From an uncultured archaeon (GTDB taxonomy: Archaea; Asgardarchaeota; Lokiarchaeia; Sigyniarchaeales; SOKP01), in NCBI GenBank assembly GCA_964447495.1, contig CAYUTF010000028.1:1-27222 (forward strand): 27,222 nucleotides of DNA. Direction: 5' to 3'. The notes beneath the pieces were generated by a model. It worked only from the letters and a program-made list of their open reading frames with translations. It ran no database searches and was not told the DNA's origin. Positions 1 through 10,595 of this stretch are shown here, piece by piece. Position 1 is the first letter of the stretch. Each line of letters opens with the position of its first letter. The translations under genes were made by a program, and so were the position numbers.

Positions 1-616
1 AATTCTCATCAGGAGTAAGCATATCCAAGATTGAATTATTAAAAACCATAAATCCGCCATTAATTAAACCCACAGATGTTTGTGGTTTTTCCATATAAGT
101 AATAATTTGTCCCTTTTTCTCGACAAGTTCGCCAAAGCGAGCTGGAGCATGAACTCCTGTGATAGTCATTGCTTTACCACTACTTTTATGAAAATCAACT
201 AACTCTTTAATATTAATATCCGCTAAACCGTCTCCATAAGTTAACATATTCATGTCCGGATCAAGATATTTTTCAATTCTTTTTATCCTTCCACCTTTTA
301 AAGTGTTTAATCCTGTTTCAATTAAACTGACTTTCCAATTCTCATCTTCATTTTGTTTATAGAAGTGTATATTTCTATTTTTGATATCGATTGTAAAGTC
401 GTTATTTTTTATGTCATAATGGTAAAAATAATCTTTTATGATCTCTCCTTTTACACCAAGACAGATAATAAAATCATTAAAACCAAACGTGGAATAAATT
501 TTCATGATATGCCATAAAATGGGTTTATTACCGATTTTAACCATTGGTTTAGGTATGATATCGGTTAAATGTCCTAATCTAGTCCCCCATCCACCAGCTA
601 ATATCACGACTTTCAT
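1..616 (-). CDS. rfbF: Glucose-1-phosphate cytidylyltransferase (3' end runs off the window)
   Basis: Not in the ORF track; translated by hand from ATG at 616: MKVVILAGGWGTRLGHLTDIIPKPMVKIGNKPILWHIMKIYSTFGFNDFIICLG...GGRIKRIEKYL...LTYGDGLADINI...ARFG...EKP...INGGFMVF. LAGGxGTR, PILWHIMKIYS and LTYGDG are typical of RfbF/DdhA. The frame is open to the window edge. Confidence 0.9.
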   Translation of the reverse strand, partial: MKVVILAGGWGTRLGHLTDIIPKPMVKIGNKPILWHIMKIYSTFGFNDFIICLGVKGEIIKDYFYHYDIKNNDFTIDIKNRNIHFYKQNEDENWKVSLIETGLNTLKGGRIKRIEKYLDPDMNMLTYGDGLADINIKELVDFHKSSGKAMTITGVHAPARFGELVEKKGQIITYMEKPQTSVGLINGGFMVFNNSILDMLTPDEN

Positions 617-715
617 AATATATATTAAATTTATCTTTACTTTAATTTTTTAATCATTACTTATACAATATCTTTATATAAAAATTTTTTAAAAATCTAA
701 TAAAACGCTAGATTG

Positions 716-1714
716 TTATTTTCTATACGTTTGAAATTGATTTATATATCTATATTCTTTTATCATTAACCGGTGACATCGTCTATGGGTTCGTCGTTTG
801 AAACCTATCAGTGATCCCATTAAAAGTGCTCTAATATTTGCAATAAAAAAGTTATATTTATTCTGGAAAATGGAATATAGAATTTCAAATATTGTTTTCC
901 TGAATTGATAAATAAGGAAAAATAAAATGATATTTATCAAAGAAAAATGCTTTATAGTAAAAATTATCATATTTCTTGTATATAGATATATCTGAAAGTA
1001 ATTTCTTCTAAACCCTAATCTATTTTCTTTTGAAACTAAATCAATCTTATGATATATTTGTGTTTTTGGAAAATAAATCAATTTATATCCCATTGCCTTT
1101 GCTCTGTAATTCCAATCGACTTCTTCAGCATACATAAAGAAAATCTCGTCTAATAACCCAATTTTTTGAATAACATCTTTCCTAATAAATAATGCCGCTC
1201 CATTGGCATATGAGGTTTCCTTAATTTGATCAAATTGACCATTATCCTTTTGACTTAATCCATAATGATAAGTAAAGTATATTGATCTCGGATTCAAGTA
1301 AGCTCCTGCATACCATATGTAATTAGGCTTCTTATAGTATAGAATTTTAGGACATAACATGCCAATATCTTTATTCAGCTCTAAATAATTTATGACAATA
1401 TCAAGGAAATCGGGCTCAACTTCTGTATCATTATTTAATAAACAGATATACTCTCCTTTAGCTTCTTTAATAGCTTTATTAGTACCACCCGCAAAATAGA
1501 GCTTAATATTACTTCTAATCAATTTTATATTTAATTTGGGTGAAAATTGCTTAATATCATTTTTTAACTTGATAAAATTAGCACGCGTCGATCCATTATC
1601 AGTAATAATTATTTCAAAATTTTGATAGAGTATTTTCATTAAACTTTTCAAACAATCAATTGTATACTGATTGTTATTGAAATTTACTAATAAAATCGAT
1701 ACTAACTTGTTCAT
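716..1714 (-). CDS. Family 2 glycosyltransferase (rhamnosyltransferase/WbbL-like subgroup)
   Basis: VSILLVNFN, IIITDNGS, LLNNDT (DxD region), GAALFIR and FFMYAEEVDWNYRA motifs; hydrophobic C-terminal segment. Confidence 0.88.
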   Translation of the reverse strand: MNKLVSILLVNFNNNQYTIDCLKSLMKILYQNFEIIITDNGSTRANFIKLKNDIKQFSPKLNIKLIRSNIKLYFAGGTNKAIKEAKGEYICLLNNDTEVEPDFLDIVINYLELNKDIGMLCPKILYYKKPNYIWYAGAYLNPRSIYFTYHYGLSQKDNGQFDQIKETSYANGAALFIRKDVIQKIGLLDEIFFMYAEEVDWNYRAKAMGYKLIYFPKTQIYHKIDLVSKENRLGFRRNYFQIYLYTRNMIIFTIKHFSLINIILFFLIYQFRKTIFEILYSIFQNKYNFFIANIRALLMGSLIGFKRRTHRRCHRLMIKEYRYINQFQTYRK

Positions 1715-1811
1715 TTTTATTTTTTTAATCTTTTAATCAATTTCAAGTTTAACTTTTTTGGAGATAAGGAAAACTCAAGGTATTTTATAGTTTTTCAATT
1801 CTTTAATTATC

Positions 1812-3344
1812 TTAATAGAGCATATCCGGTTCTTTATTAGACATCTTTAATGATTCTCTTACAATTTTAATATATTCCTTAATTTGATTAAGTTGAATTG
1901 CTTTTGTTAAAAAAAGAAATAAAACTGTAATTCCAAAATAAATAACGGTCAAGATGACTAGATTATATAAACTATAATTATGTAAATTAAAATATACCAT
2001 TAAAAACCACGAAGAAAGCCCAGACAGAATTGATGAAAATAAAATTTTGAAAAGAGAAAGTCTCGTATGCGTGTAGAATTGAATATTATTCATTTTCTTA
2101 ACCTTAATTAAAGTGATTATAATATAAGCAATATGAGGAATCATTATTGCGAATATCGCTCCGTAAGTGAAAAAAAGTGGAATAAGAATTATACTTAAAA
2201 TTATTGTGAAAAGTGCCGTGATGCCATATAATTTAACAACGAGTTTTGGTTTATTTGCTGCCCAAAGAAAATGCCCTCCTAAAATATCGATCATTTTAAA
2301 GTTTAAATAAAAAATAAATACTTTTATGTAGAGAGACGCATTGTAATAGGCTTCTCCAAAGATACTGATGACGATTTGATCAGAAAACGTAAAAAAGAAG
2401 ATGGTAACTGGGATCATTATCAACAAGCCATAGTAAAAGGTTAAATTAAATATAGTATGTACATTTTTACCGCTTTCTTCTTTTCTTGGCATATAATATG
2501 AAACATATGGAAATACTAAATTAGAGAAAATAAGTATTGGTAAGGATATAATTTGAATTATCGTAAGAGTAATAGAATAAACAGCGAATTCCGAGGGAGT
2601 TATAACATAAGCTAAAATAAATTGATTGAAGTTATTTATAATGTAGAGAAAAATTCCAGGTAAAAACATAAAGAAGGCAACTTTTAAAAGCATTTTACTA
2701 AATTTAAAATCAAACGTAAAGATTTTTTTTATGAACTTTAATTTGATCACAATAATGAAGAAAATTAGAAAATGTATTGCCGATACTAGTGAAAATAAAG
2801 CTAAAATTGTTGGAATTGATAAACTGATGGTAAAGTTTAAAAGAACAATCACCAGCTTCAATAAGTTGAACATGGTTTTTGACAACGCATAATACTTGTA
2901 TAACCAAGTGCCTAAAAATACATTCTCAAAATGTAGAATCAGATTGGAAAAAAATAAATATATAGAAGCAAAGCTTAGTGCTATTCCTAAATCGGGAATG
3001 TCATATATGTTATTAATAAAAATCGAAATTATGAACAGTATTAAGGAGGCTATCGATGAAAATAGAAGAATTAATTTAAATCCTTCTGTTATTAATTTTT
3101 GAACGCCTTCATTATCTTGATCTTTTTTAGCGGCTATATATTGGATTATTATCGATCCTAATCCAAAATTGGCCATAATCATAAAAAATGAGATAAAAGT
3201 AAAGGAAAAACTATAGGAAGAAAATTCAGCGCGAGAGTAAAGATGAGATAATATGTAGATTATAATAAAGTTAGAAATAAAACCAATTAATTCTGTAATT
3301 AATGTTAAGACGAAATTTTTTAACGTTCTTCCTGATATTGACAT
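1812..3344 (-). CDS. Oligosaccharide flippase, Wzx/MOP (MATE-like) family
   Basis: 510 aa, almost entirely hydrophobic helices; N-terminal KNFVLTL...LSHLYSRAEFSSYS...ANFGL and internal NQFIL...EFAVYS patterns match Wzx-type flippases; glycan-cluster context. Confidence 0.85.
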   Translation of the reverse strand: MSISGRTLKNFVLTLITELIGFISNFIIIYILSHLYSRAEFSSYSFSFTFISFFMIMANFGLGSIIIQYIAAKKDQDNEGVQKLITEGFKLILLFSSIASLILFIISIFINNIYDIPDLGIALSFASIYLFFSNLILHFENVFLGTWLYKYYALSKTMFNLLKLVIVLLNFTISLSIPTILALFSLVSAIHFLIFFIIVIKLKFIKKIFTFDFKFSKMLLKVAFFMFLPGIFLYIINNFNQFILAYVITPSEFAVYSITLTIIQIISLPILIFSNLVFPYVSYYMPRKEESGKNVHTIFNLTFYYGLLIMIPVTIFFFTFSDQIVISIFGEAYYNASLYIKVFIFYLNFKMIDILGGHFLWAANKPKLVVKLYGITALFTIILSIILIPLFFTYGAIFAIMIPHIAYIIITLIKVKKMNNIQFYTHTRLSLFKILFSSILSGLSSWFLMVYFNLHNYSLYNLVILTVIYFGITVLFLFLTKAIQLNQIKEYIKIVRESLKMSNKEPDMLY

Positions 3345-3498
3345 TAGTTAATCGAGGTTTTAATTTTATTTATACTTCATATAATCAAGAGTTATTCATT
3401 AATTTGAGCTAATCTTAGTAAAGAAATCATCTATAATTTAAAAATAGTTTAAAAGTTGCATTAAGTTAATGATCTTTATTTTTATCTTATATTTATTT

Positions 3499-4653
3499 TT
3501 ATGATCTCAAGCTTTGTTTTAAAAATCGAAGATATATATCAGTTATGAATGCCCATGAATACCTTTTTGCTATTTTTAAACCATTATTTCCCATTTCTTC
3601 TAATAGACTCTCATTTTTTAAAAGTTTTAATATCTGTCTAGCTAGATCCTTAGGATCATTTAATTTAAAAGTCACCCCTCCATTTGCGACTATTGTCGAC
3701 ATGGGAGGTTTATCTGCACATATGACGGGAATACCACTCGCCATTGCTTCTAAAATTGTTTGCCCAAAACCTTCTTGTTCTGATGGAAATACGTAAATAT
3801 CACTTGTAGCATAAAATTCTTGAAGATTTTTCTCATCTATAAATCCTAAGAAAGATACTTTTTCATTAATACCATATAATATACTTAACTCTTTCAGAAA
3901 ATTTAATAGCGGCCCATCCCCAGCTAATAGTAAATGAACATTTGGATATACTTCTAAAACATGTTGAAATGCTTTTAATAGAATAGAAATTCTTTTTCGA
4001 GATATCATTAATCCAGAATAAAATAATATTTTATTTCGATATCTTTCTTTAATTGCATTTGAGTAGTTAGATGGATTAAATTTCTGAGTATCTATCCCAA
4101 GGGGAATAGATATGATATCATTTTTATCTAATTTATAATGTTCAATTAAATCATTCTTTGATGTTTCAGAAATAGTTATAATTTTCTTATGTTTTTTATA
4201 TTGATTTTTCTGTAAAAAGTGCAATGACGAATAAGTGAGGATATCTTCCCATTTTTGAATCTTGTCGTAATGTAGAAATATAGATATTAACGGCATGCGT
4301 TTTATATCAAATTGGAAACTAAAAATCATAGCAAAAGCAGAAATGATGACATCTGAATCTTTAAAAAACTCAAAATTTCGTTTTCTAAATAAATTTAGAC
4401 CAAACGTTATATAATTTAAACAGAACACAGATCCAAGCTTTCCTAACAACGTTTTTGAGTCTAATATCCTTAAGAGAGGGATTCCTTTGTATTCACCATG
4501 CCTTCTACCTCCATTCCAAAATGTGGTTACAATCTTTACATCATTACCACTTTTTTTTAGGTTAATTGCTAGATTCTCCATGTATCTTTCAAATCCGGGA
4601 AATATACCCCGCTTAGGATAAGGAAAAGTAGGAGTTATTATTGTTATTTTCAT
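3499..4653 (-). CDS. Family 4 (GT-B) glycosyltransferase
   Basis: DIYVFPSEQEGFGQTILEAMASGIPVI (ExFG...E) motif. Start placed at ATG 4653 (MKITII), downstream of a GGGGG SD-like tract, instead of TTG 4665. Confidence 0.9.
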   Translation of the reverse strand: MKITIITPTFPYPKRGIFPGFERYMENLAINLKKSGNDVKIVTTFWNGGRRHGEYKGIPLLRILDSKTLLGKLGSVFCLNYITFGLNLFRKRNFEFFKDSDVIISAFAMIFSFQFDIKRMPLISIFLHYDKIQKWEDILTYSSLHFLQKNQYKKHKKIITISETSKNDLIEHYKLDKNDIISIPLGIDTQKFNPSNYSNAIKERYRNKILFYSGLMISRKRISILLKAFQHVLEVYPNVHLLLAGDGPLLNFLKELSILYGINEKVSFLGFIDEKNLQEFYATSDIYVFPSEQEGFGQTILEAMASGIPVICADKPPMSTIVANGGVTFKLNDPKDLARQILKLLKNESLLEEMGNNGLKIAKRYSWAFITDIYLRFLKQSLRS

Positions 4654-5018
4654 AGATGCCCCCAAAATTATTTATAATCGTTTATTGTTTTTCGATTTCG
4701 GTTTTAACACATTTCTCCTCACTATAATTTTTACTTTCATGCTAATTATGATTATAATTATATTAAAACTGTCTATGTTATTAAAAAAATGATGATCAAA
4801 TTAGAAGATTATTCAACTCATAAAATGTGATGAACCTCGATGTATAAAAATTTATTTTGAAAAATAGAATTATGAGAAGAAATAAAAGAGCTTAGAAATT
4901 ATTTGAGTTTTTTGATTTAACTAATTATTTATAGCTGTAAAAAATTTTAAGATTAATGCTTTTTTTTTTATTTTAATTAAAAAAATTTAAGGAATTTATT
5001 TTTTATACAAGATAGTAG

Positions 5019-6365
5019 ATGGCGAAAGTAATTTTTCTAGCTTTAGATGGACTTAGTTGGAATCTAATCAATGACTTAATTGCTAACAACAAATTAGATA
5101 ATTTTAAGAAAATCATTAATAATGGAGTTTCTAGCACGTTAGTGGCTGAAGGTTTTTTAAGTTCTCCTAAAGTTTTTTGCTCCATTTTTACTGGAAAGAC
5201 TGTTGAAAAGCATGGAATCAGGGATTTTTATTCTAATGAAGAAGATTTAACTTCTGATCAAATTTGGGACATTTTAAAAAGAAATGGTTATAGGATTGGT
5301 CTTTATAGACCTTTAAGTGTATGGAGCGCAAAAAAATTTGATGGGTTTTGCATTCCAAATCCTTTATTAGTAGATAAAAGTACATATCCAAAAGAATTAG
5401 CTTTTATTGGAGAAATAGATAGAAAAGCACGAGCTGAGAAATATTCTTTCAGCTTTAAGATCATGACTTTCTTGGATCTTATAAGGTTTCATTTTCCAAT
5501 TAGACCTCTAATTAATATCATAAAAAGATGTCTCTTATTATCTTTTAAGGAAGGTTTACTCGAGAGAATGCATCTATTAAAAGAAATTGAGCTTATAATT
5601 CATACCAATTTATATCTTGCACTACTAAATAAGTATGAATTAGATTTTTCAGTATTTTTTGATTATACTTTTGATACTTTAAGCCATATATATTGGAGAG
5701 AAAAAGCTGAAAAAACGAGATATTCTAAAATCATTCCAAAAACTTATCAAATTATAGACAAATTTATTGGTGAGCTTAACAAATATGCTCAAAAAAATAA
5801 TTTTCACTTAATTATATGTTCTGACCATGGATTTGAAAGCATTGATCGAAAATGTCGCAAGAATTTTTCCTCAATAAATATTATTTGCTTACTTCGCGAA
5901 TTAGGGTATTATTATGACGTATATGGGGTATATGTAGCAGGAAAAGTAATTTTTAGAATTAAGCCAAATTCAAATAGAAAAATTGATGAATTTAAGAAAA
6001 GTATCGAATCAATCTATTGTGAAAAACAACAGCTTTTTGAAGTTACATCTTATACAAATAAATTAATGGTTAAAATTAATGGTTTCATAGGGGAACGGAG
6101 AAATTTAAAAGCCAGTTTACCTAACGGAAAAAAAGTGAAAATAAATTTAATTCTAGATTTTAATCCAGGTCATACGGGAACTCATAGTGCACATAACGGG
6201 GTTTTCATAATAAATGGACCCAAAATTAAGAAAGGAATGATTATTGAAGATATTACTCCGTATGATGTAACACCAACTATTTTTGCTCTATTGAATGAGA
6301 AAATTCCTCTGGATATTGATGGACAGGTATTAAATAAAGTATTTCTAAAAAAAGTGTATAATTAA
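5019..6365 (+). CDS. Alkaline phosphatase superfamily protein (phosphodiesterase/nucleotide pyrophosphatase-like)
   Basis: KVIFLALDGL, SSPKVFCSIFTGK (nucleophile region), DTLSHIYW, ICSDHGF, GTH and DVTPTI...DIDGQVL motifs; no signal peptide evident. Confidence 0.82.
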   Translation: MAKVIFLALDGLSWNLINDLIANNKLDNFKKIINNGVSSTLVAEGFLSSPKVFCSIFTGKTVEKHGIRDFYSNEEDLTSDQIWDILKRNGYRIGLYRPLSVWSAKKFDGFCIPNPLLVDKSTYPKELAFIGEIDRKARAEKYSFSFKIMTFLDLIRFHFPIRPLINIIKRCLLLSFKEGLLERMHLLKEIELIIHTNLYLALLNKYELDFSVFFDYTFDTLSHIYWREKAEKTRYSKIIPKTYQIIDKFIGELNKYAQKNNFHLIICSDHGFESIDRKCRKNFSSINIICLLRELGYYYDVYGVYVAGKVIFRIKPNSNRKIDEFKKSIESIYCEKQQLFEVTSYTNKLMVKINGFIGERRNLKASLPNGKKVKINLILDFNPGHTGTHSAHNGVFIINGPKIKKGMIIEDITPYDVTPTIFALLNEKIPLDIDGQVLNKVFLKKVYN

Positions 6366-6446
6366 GATAATACAAGGATAGTTCTCACTTTCTTATGAAG
6401 AATTTCTATGTGCAATAAAAATTTAAAAGAGAGAGCATATATACAA

Positions 6447-7625
6447 TTACTTATAACCTAAAACGCTTTTATAGAGGTTAAAATGCAATTGGGCTGTTTT
6501 TTGCCATGAGAAAAGTTTTTTTGCTCTCTCTAAACCATTCTGACCTAGTTTTAATAGTATATTTTTATTATCAAGGAGAGTAATAATCTTTTCACTTAAT
6601 GCGGAAATATCTTCAAAATTTGAAGTAAATCCTGTTTTTCCATCCACAATTATTTCGCTTGGACCCATTATATCTGAGCCAATAACCGGTTTTCCACATG
6701 CCATTGCCTCGCATATAACTAAACCGAATATTTCTTGTCTTGATGGATAGACGACTAAATCCGCAATTGAATAATATGCAGCTAAATCGTATTTAGCTAT
6801 ATATCCTGTAAAAATCACATCATCCGATAAGTTATATTTTTCTATTAGAATCTTTACATACGATAAATATCCTGCATCTCCACCAATAATCACTAATTTT
6901 ACCCGTTTATTTTTTCTTCGAACCTGATATAATATTTTTATTAACTTATCTACACCTTTTCCTTTCGCGATACGCCCAACATAAAGTAAAACATCAGCAT
7001 CCAATAAACCTAATTTTTTCTTTAATTCTATTGCATCAACTGGCTTAAAGATTTCAGTATTAACTCCATGGGGAATAAAATGAATGTGGTCTTCCGCAAT
7101 TCCATATTTCTTTAATATCGGGATTTCCATCCTTGCTACAGCAATAAAATGAGGATTTAATAATTTTTTATTTAAATACCCTATACTTGTATCATGAAGC
7201 ATCTTTGGAATCTTATCAGTATAATCCCAATTAATACTGATTCCGCCGTGGGGGGAGATAATTAAAGGTTTGTGCTTTACAAGAGAAATAAATGAACCAA
7301 TATCTTCTTGATAGCTCCTTATCGCATGAGAGTGGATAATATCTATAGTATCCGCATTTTTTAACATAAAGGGAATCATTTGTAGCGAAATTCGATATTC
7401 TTTAAAGCGTAATAGTGAGTCAAAGCGAAAAATTTTGAATCCTTTACTTTTTTCTTCGTAGAATTCCGTCTTATTTCTTCCAAACTTGGTGATTGCCGAA
7501 GAAGTATAAATATTTGTAGTTACCCCTAATTTTTCTAAATAAGGGGCTATTTCTAAAATTACATTATAAGGACCACCTAAGTTTCCCGTGAAAAAAGGAG
7601 TCAACATAGCAACATTTATCATCAT
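6447..7625 (-). CDS. Family 4 (GT-B) glycosyltransferase
   Basis: LYVGRIAKGKG and VYPSRQEIFGLVICEAMACGKPVIGS motifs. Confidence 0.9.
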   Translation of the reverse strand: MMINVAMLTPFFTGNLGGPYNVILEIAPYLEKLGVTTNIYTSSAITKFGRNKTEFYEEKSKGFKIFRFDSLLRFKEYRISLQMIPFMLKNADTIDIIHSHAIRSYQEDIGSFISLVKHKPLIISPHGGISINWDYTDKIPKMLHDTSIGYLNKKLLNPHFIAVARMEIPILKKYGIAEDHIHFIPHGVNTEIFKPVDAIELKKKLGLLDADVLLYVGRIAKGKGVDKLIKILYQVRRKNKRVKLVIIGGDAGYLSYVKILIEKYNLSDDVIFTGYIAKYDLAAYYSIADLVVYPSRQEIFGLVICEAMACGKPVIGSDIMGPSEIIVDGKTGFTSNFEDISALSEKIITLLDNKNILLKLGQNGLERAKKLFSWQKTAQLHFNLYKSVLGYK

Positions 7626-7634
7626 AAAATCGCT

Positions 7635-8861
7635 TTATCCTTTTATTTTACTATTTCTCTTTTCTTTTATTGAACGTATGATAATTTGTTTCAAATGATT
7701 AAGTATTTTTGGCCAAATATATTTCTGTTTGATTAAATCATACCCTTTTATTCCAATCTGTTTAAGTTCTGCTTTTTGAGTTGTTAATATGCTGATTTGT
7801 TTTATTAATTCTTGTTGATTTTTTGCGAATATGACTCCGCTATCTTCTCCTATTTCAGCAACTACACTAGGTAAGCTATTGGATAATACTGGCTTTTTCA
7901 TTGCCATATATTCCATTACTTTAACCGGAGTAATTTGTCGTGTTATTTCATTTAACTTAAAACTCATTAGACAGAGATCTGCTAGCGCGATATATTCGGT
8001 TATATCAAAAAAAGGAACTCTCCCAGTCAATTTGACCCAGTTTGCATTTAATTCATGTATATATTGTTTTAAGCTGCTATAAATTCCTCCATCGCCAACA
8101 ATTACAAATTTAAGATTTAATTTACCTTGTTTTACATCCATGTGATAATAATCAATGATTTCTTTTAAACCGGCAAAATCATATAAATACCCCATAAAAA
8201 AAATTATAAAATCCTTCTCGGAAATAGCTAATTCCCTTTTAATTTGAACTAATTTAGTTTGATCTACAACAGTATTTTCCAAAGATATACCATTCAACAA
8301 AATTGTTATTTTATTTTCGTTGATTCCTTCATTAACAATATATTCTTTTAAATAATTAGTTACTACGATGATTTGGTCAGAGTATTTTAATATAAAACGA
8401 GAAACGATTCTGGCAAAATTTTGGACATACCCGAGAGGGATTAACGTATGAAGCAAATCTATGTAGTAAAAAAAATAAGGGATTCTAAAAAGCTTTGCTA
8501 AAATTAATCCTATAAGGCCATTTGATATTGAGAGTCCAATAATAATATCTGGACGATTTTTCCTTATGTATTTTATTAACCCAAAAAAATTAGAAATTAG
8601 TGAGGAAATTCTTCGAATATAGGGTATTTGTATATGTGAAGTTCTAATTACCTGAACCTTTGAATCTCTTACAGCTTTGTTAATGTTTAAATACTCTCTT
8701 CTTTTGATCAAAAGAGATTTTGATTTCATTACTTTATCAATATCATAATCAAAAATAGTAATTTTGATATTAGGATTTATGGATAATCTTTCAAAAACAT
8801 GATGTTGAGTATGAGGCCCTCGGGTTAACCAATCTGTTTCTTGAATTCCGAGTATTTTCAT
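7635..8861 (-). CDS. Family 4 (GT-B) glycosyltransferase
   Basis: VIVGDG, TGRVPF and PVKVMEYMAMKKPVLS (PxKxxEYMA subtype); only 9 bp separate it from the downstream GT4, so probably co-transcribed. Confidence 0.87.
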   Translation of the reverse strand: MKILGIQETDWLTRGPHTQHHVFERLSINPNIKITIFDYDIDKVMKSKSLLIKRREYLNINKAVRDSKVQVIRTSHIQIPYIRRISSLISNFFGLIKYIRKNRPDIIIGLSISNGLIGLILAKLFRIPYFFYYIDLLHTLIPLGYVQNFARIVSRFILKYSDQIIVVTNYLKEYIVNEGINENKITILLNGISLENTVVDQTKLVQIKRELAISEKDFIIFFMGYLYDFAGLKEIIDYYHMDVKQGKLNLKFVIVGDGGIYSSLKQYIHELNANWVKLTGRVPFFDITEYIALADLCLMSFKLNEITRQITPVKVMEYMAMKKPVLSNSLPSVVAEIGEDSGVIFAKNQQELIKQISILTTQKAELKQIGIKGYDLIKQKYIWPKILNHLKQIIIRSIKEKRNSKIKG

Positions 8862-9197
8862 TTTAGTTTTACTATTTTATTAATTATTACCATTTCAATA
8901 TCAGCAGAGTTTGAAATTCCAAAATTCATACCATTCTCTTTACTAACCAGAAGATTCATAGAACAAATCTGTTTAAAATAATTACGTAAGAATATTATGA
9001 ACTATATTATAAAAGAAATGCAATTTATTTAAAATTTAATATGAAAACTTCGTCATTTTTTAATTTAAAAATTAATGGAACATGTTACGAGAAATTGTAT
9101 TAATTTTTATTATTAGAATAATTAATGTGCATTAATTAAAGTTTAAATTAAACTTAATGATTGATAATATATCACATTTTTAAAAAGGAAAGAATGC

Positions 9198-10586
9198 ATG
9201 ACACCAAAAGTATTAATTATTGGAGGTCTCGGGTATATAGGATCTGTACTTTATAATATTCTAAAGCATGAGGAGTGGGAGGTTGAAATTCTTGATACTC
9301 ATCTTTACAAACAGCTTACTCCTCTTAATCCTTATATAGAAGCCGATGTTACAAATAGGGATGATCTAAAGAAAGTTTTCAATAGATTTGATGTTGTTGT
9401 TAATTTAGCGGCAGTTGTTGGCGATCCTGCATGTTTAGTGGATACAAGTCGAGCAATTCTTATAAATTGTATTGGCACACGGAATATAGCAGAAATGTGC
9501 AAATCCTTAAATAAATATATAGTTCACATTAGCACATGCAGTATTTATGGAAGTGAACCAAATAAGCTAGTAAAAGAGGAGGATGAGGGTTTTCCCATTG
9601 ACTTTTACGGTCAGACAAAATATACTCAAGAACGAATTGTAAGAGAGATTTGTAAAGAAAATTCTTGCATCTTACGTCTTGGTACTGCATATGGGTTAAG
9701 TCCAAGGATGCGCTATGATTTAGTGGTAAACTCTTTTGCCGCAAGAGCAGTGAAATTCAAAAAAGTAACGGTATTTGGAGGAGAACAAGAAAGACCGTTT
9801 GTATCAATTAAAGATATTTCCCGAGCAATAGGTCATGCTGTTAAACATAACTTAAAAGGGATATATAATGTGCGTGGAGAAAATTTAAGTTTATTAAAGC
9901 TTAGCGAAATTGTTAAAAACATCACCGGATGTGAAGTTACAATTGACAAAAATATAGTAGATATGCGTAGTTATATGGTTGATAATTCAAAATTAGTCAA
10001 AACAGGATTCGAATATAAATATGATATTGCCGATGCAGTAAGGGAAATCTCACAATCACCCACAGCTTTGGAATTTGAAAAAGGGATATATTCCAACTTA
10101 AAACTAAATGAAATACTTAAAATCTCAGAAACAATTGGGAAGAAAAAATTGTCTCTTATAGATGGTGGTTTAGCTGTTGATGATCGGGGTCTTCTTAATT
10201 TTGCTAATGAATTTAATTTTTATGGTGTCAAACGTTTTTATCAAGTTCAAAACTTCTCCACTTCTACAATACGGGCATTTCATGGTCATCTTAATGAAGC
10301 GAAGTATGTTTATGTTGCAAAAGGCTCTGCTATTGTTGCGGCAGTAGAATTAGATACTGTAAAATCACCATCGAAAAAATTACCCGTACATCGTTATGTT
10401 CTTTCTGACAAGAACCCAAAAGTGCTTTTTATCCCTCCTAAACATGCAAATGGATTCCGTCCTTTAGAAGATGATACTAGAATTTTATTTTTCTCCACAA
10501 GTTCGCTAGAGGAAAGTAAAGATGATGACTATCGTTTCCCCGCAGATTATTGGGGAAATGAAATTTGGGAAGTGGAAAACAGATAG
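9198..10586 (+). CDS. NAD-dependent sugar epimerase/dehydratase (extended SDR) fused to a C-terminal RmlC/WxcM-like cupin
   Basis: GGLGYIGS, NLAAVVGD, STCSIYG, YGQTK (YxxxK) and RMRYDLVVN in the first ~300 aa; DDRG...KRFY...IRAFHGH...LFIPP..ANGF cupin motifs from ~10140. Confidence 0.85.
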   Translation: MTPKVLIIGGLGYIGSVLYNILKHEEWEVEILDTHLYKQLTPLNPYIEADVTNRDDLKKVFNRFDVVVNLAAVVGDPACLVDTSRAILINCIGTRNIAEMCKSLNKYIVHISTCSIYGSEPNKLVKEEDEGFPIDFYGQTKYTQERIVREICKENSCILRLGTAYGLSPRMRYDLVVNSFAARAVKFKKVTVFGGEQERPFVSIKDISRAIGHAVKHNLKGIYNVRGENLSLLKLSEIVKNITGCEVTIDKNIVDMRSYMVDNSKLVKTGFEYKYDIADAVREISQSPTALEFEKGIYSNLKLNEILKISETIGKKKLSLIDGGLAVDDRGLLNFANEFNFYGVKRFYQVQNFSTSTIRAFHGHLNEAKYVYVAKGSAIVAAVELDTVKSPSKKLPVHRYVLSDKNPKVLFIPPKHANGFRPLEDDTRILFFSTSSLEESKDDDYRFPADYWGNEIWEVENR

Positions 10587-10595
10587 AATTAAAAG

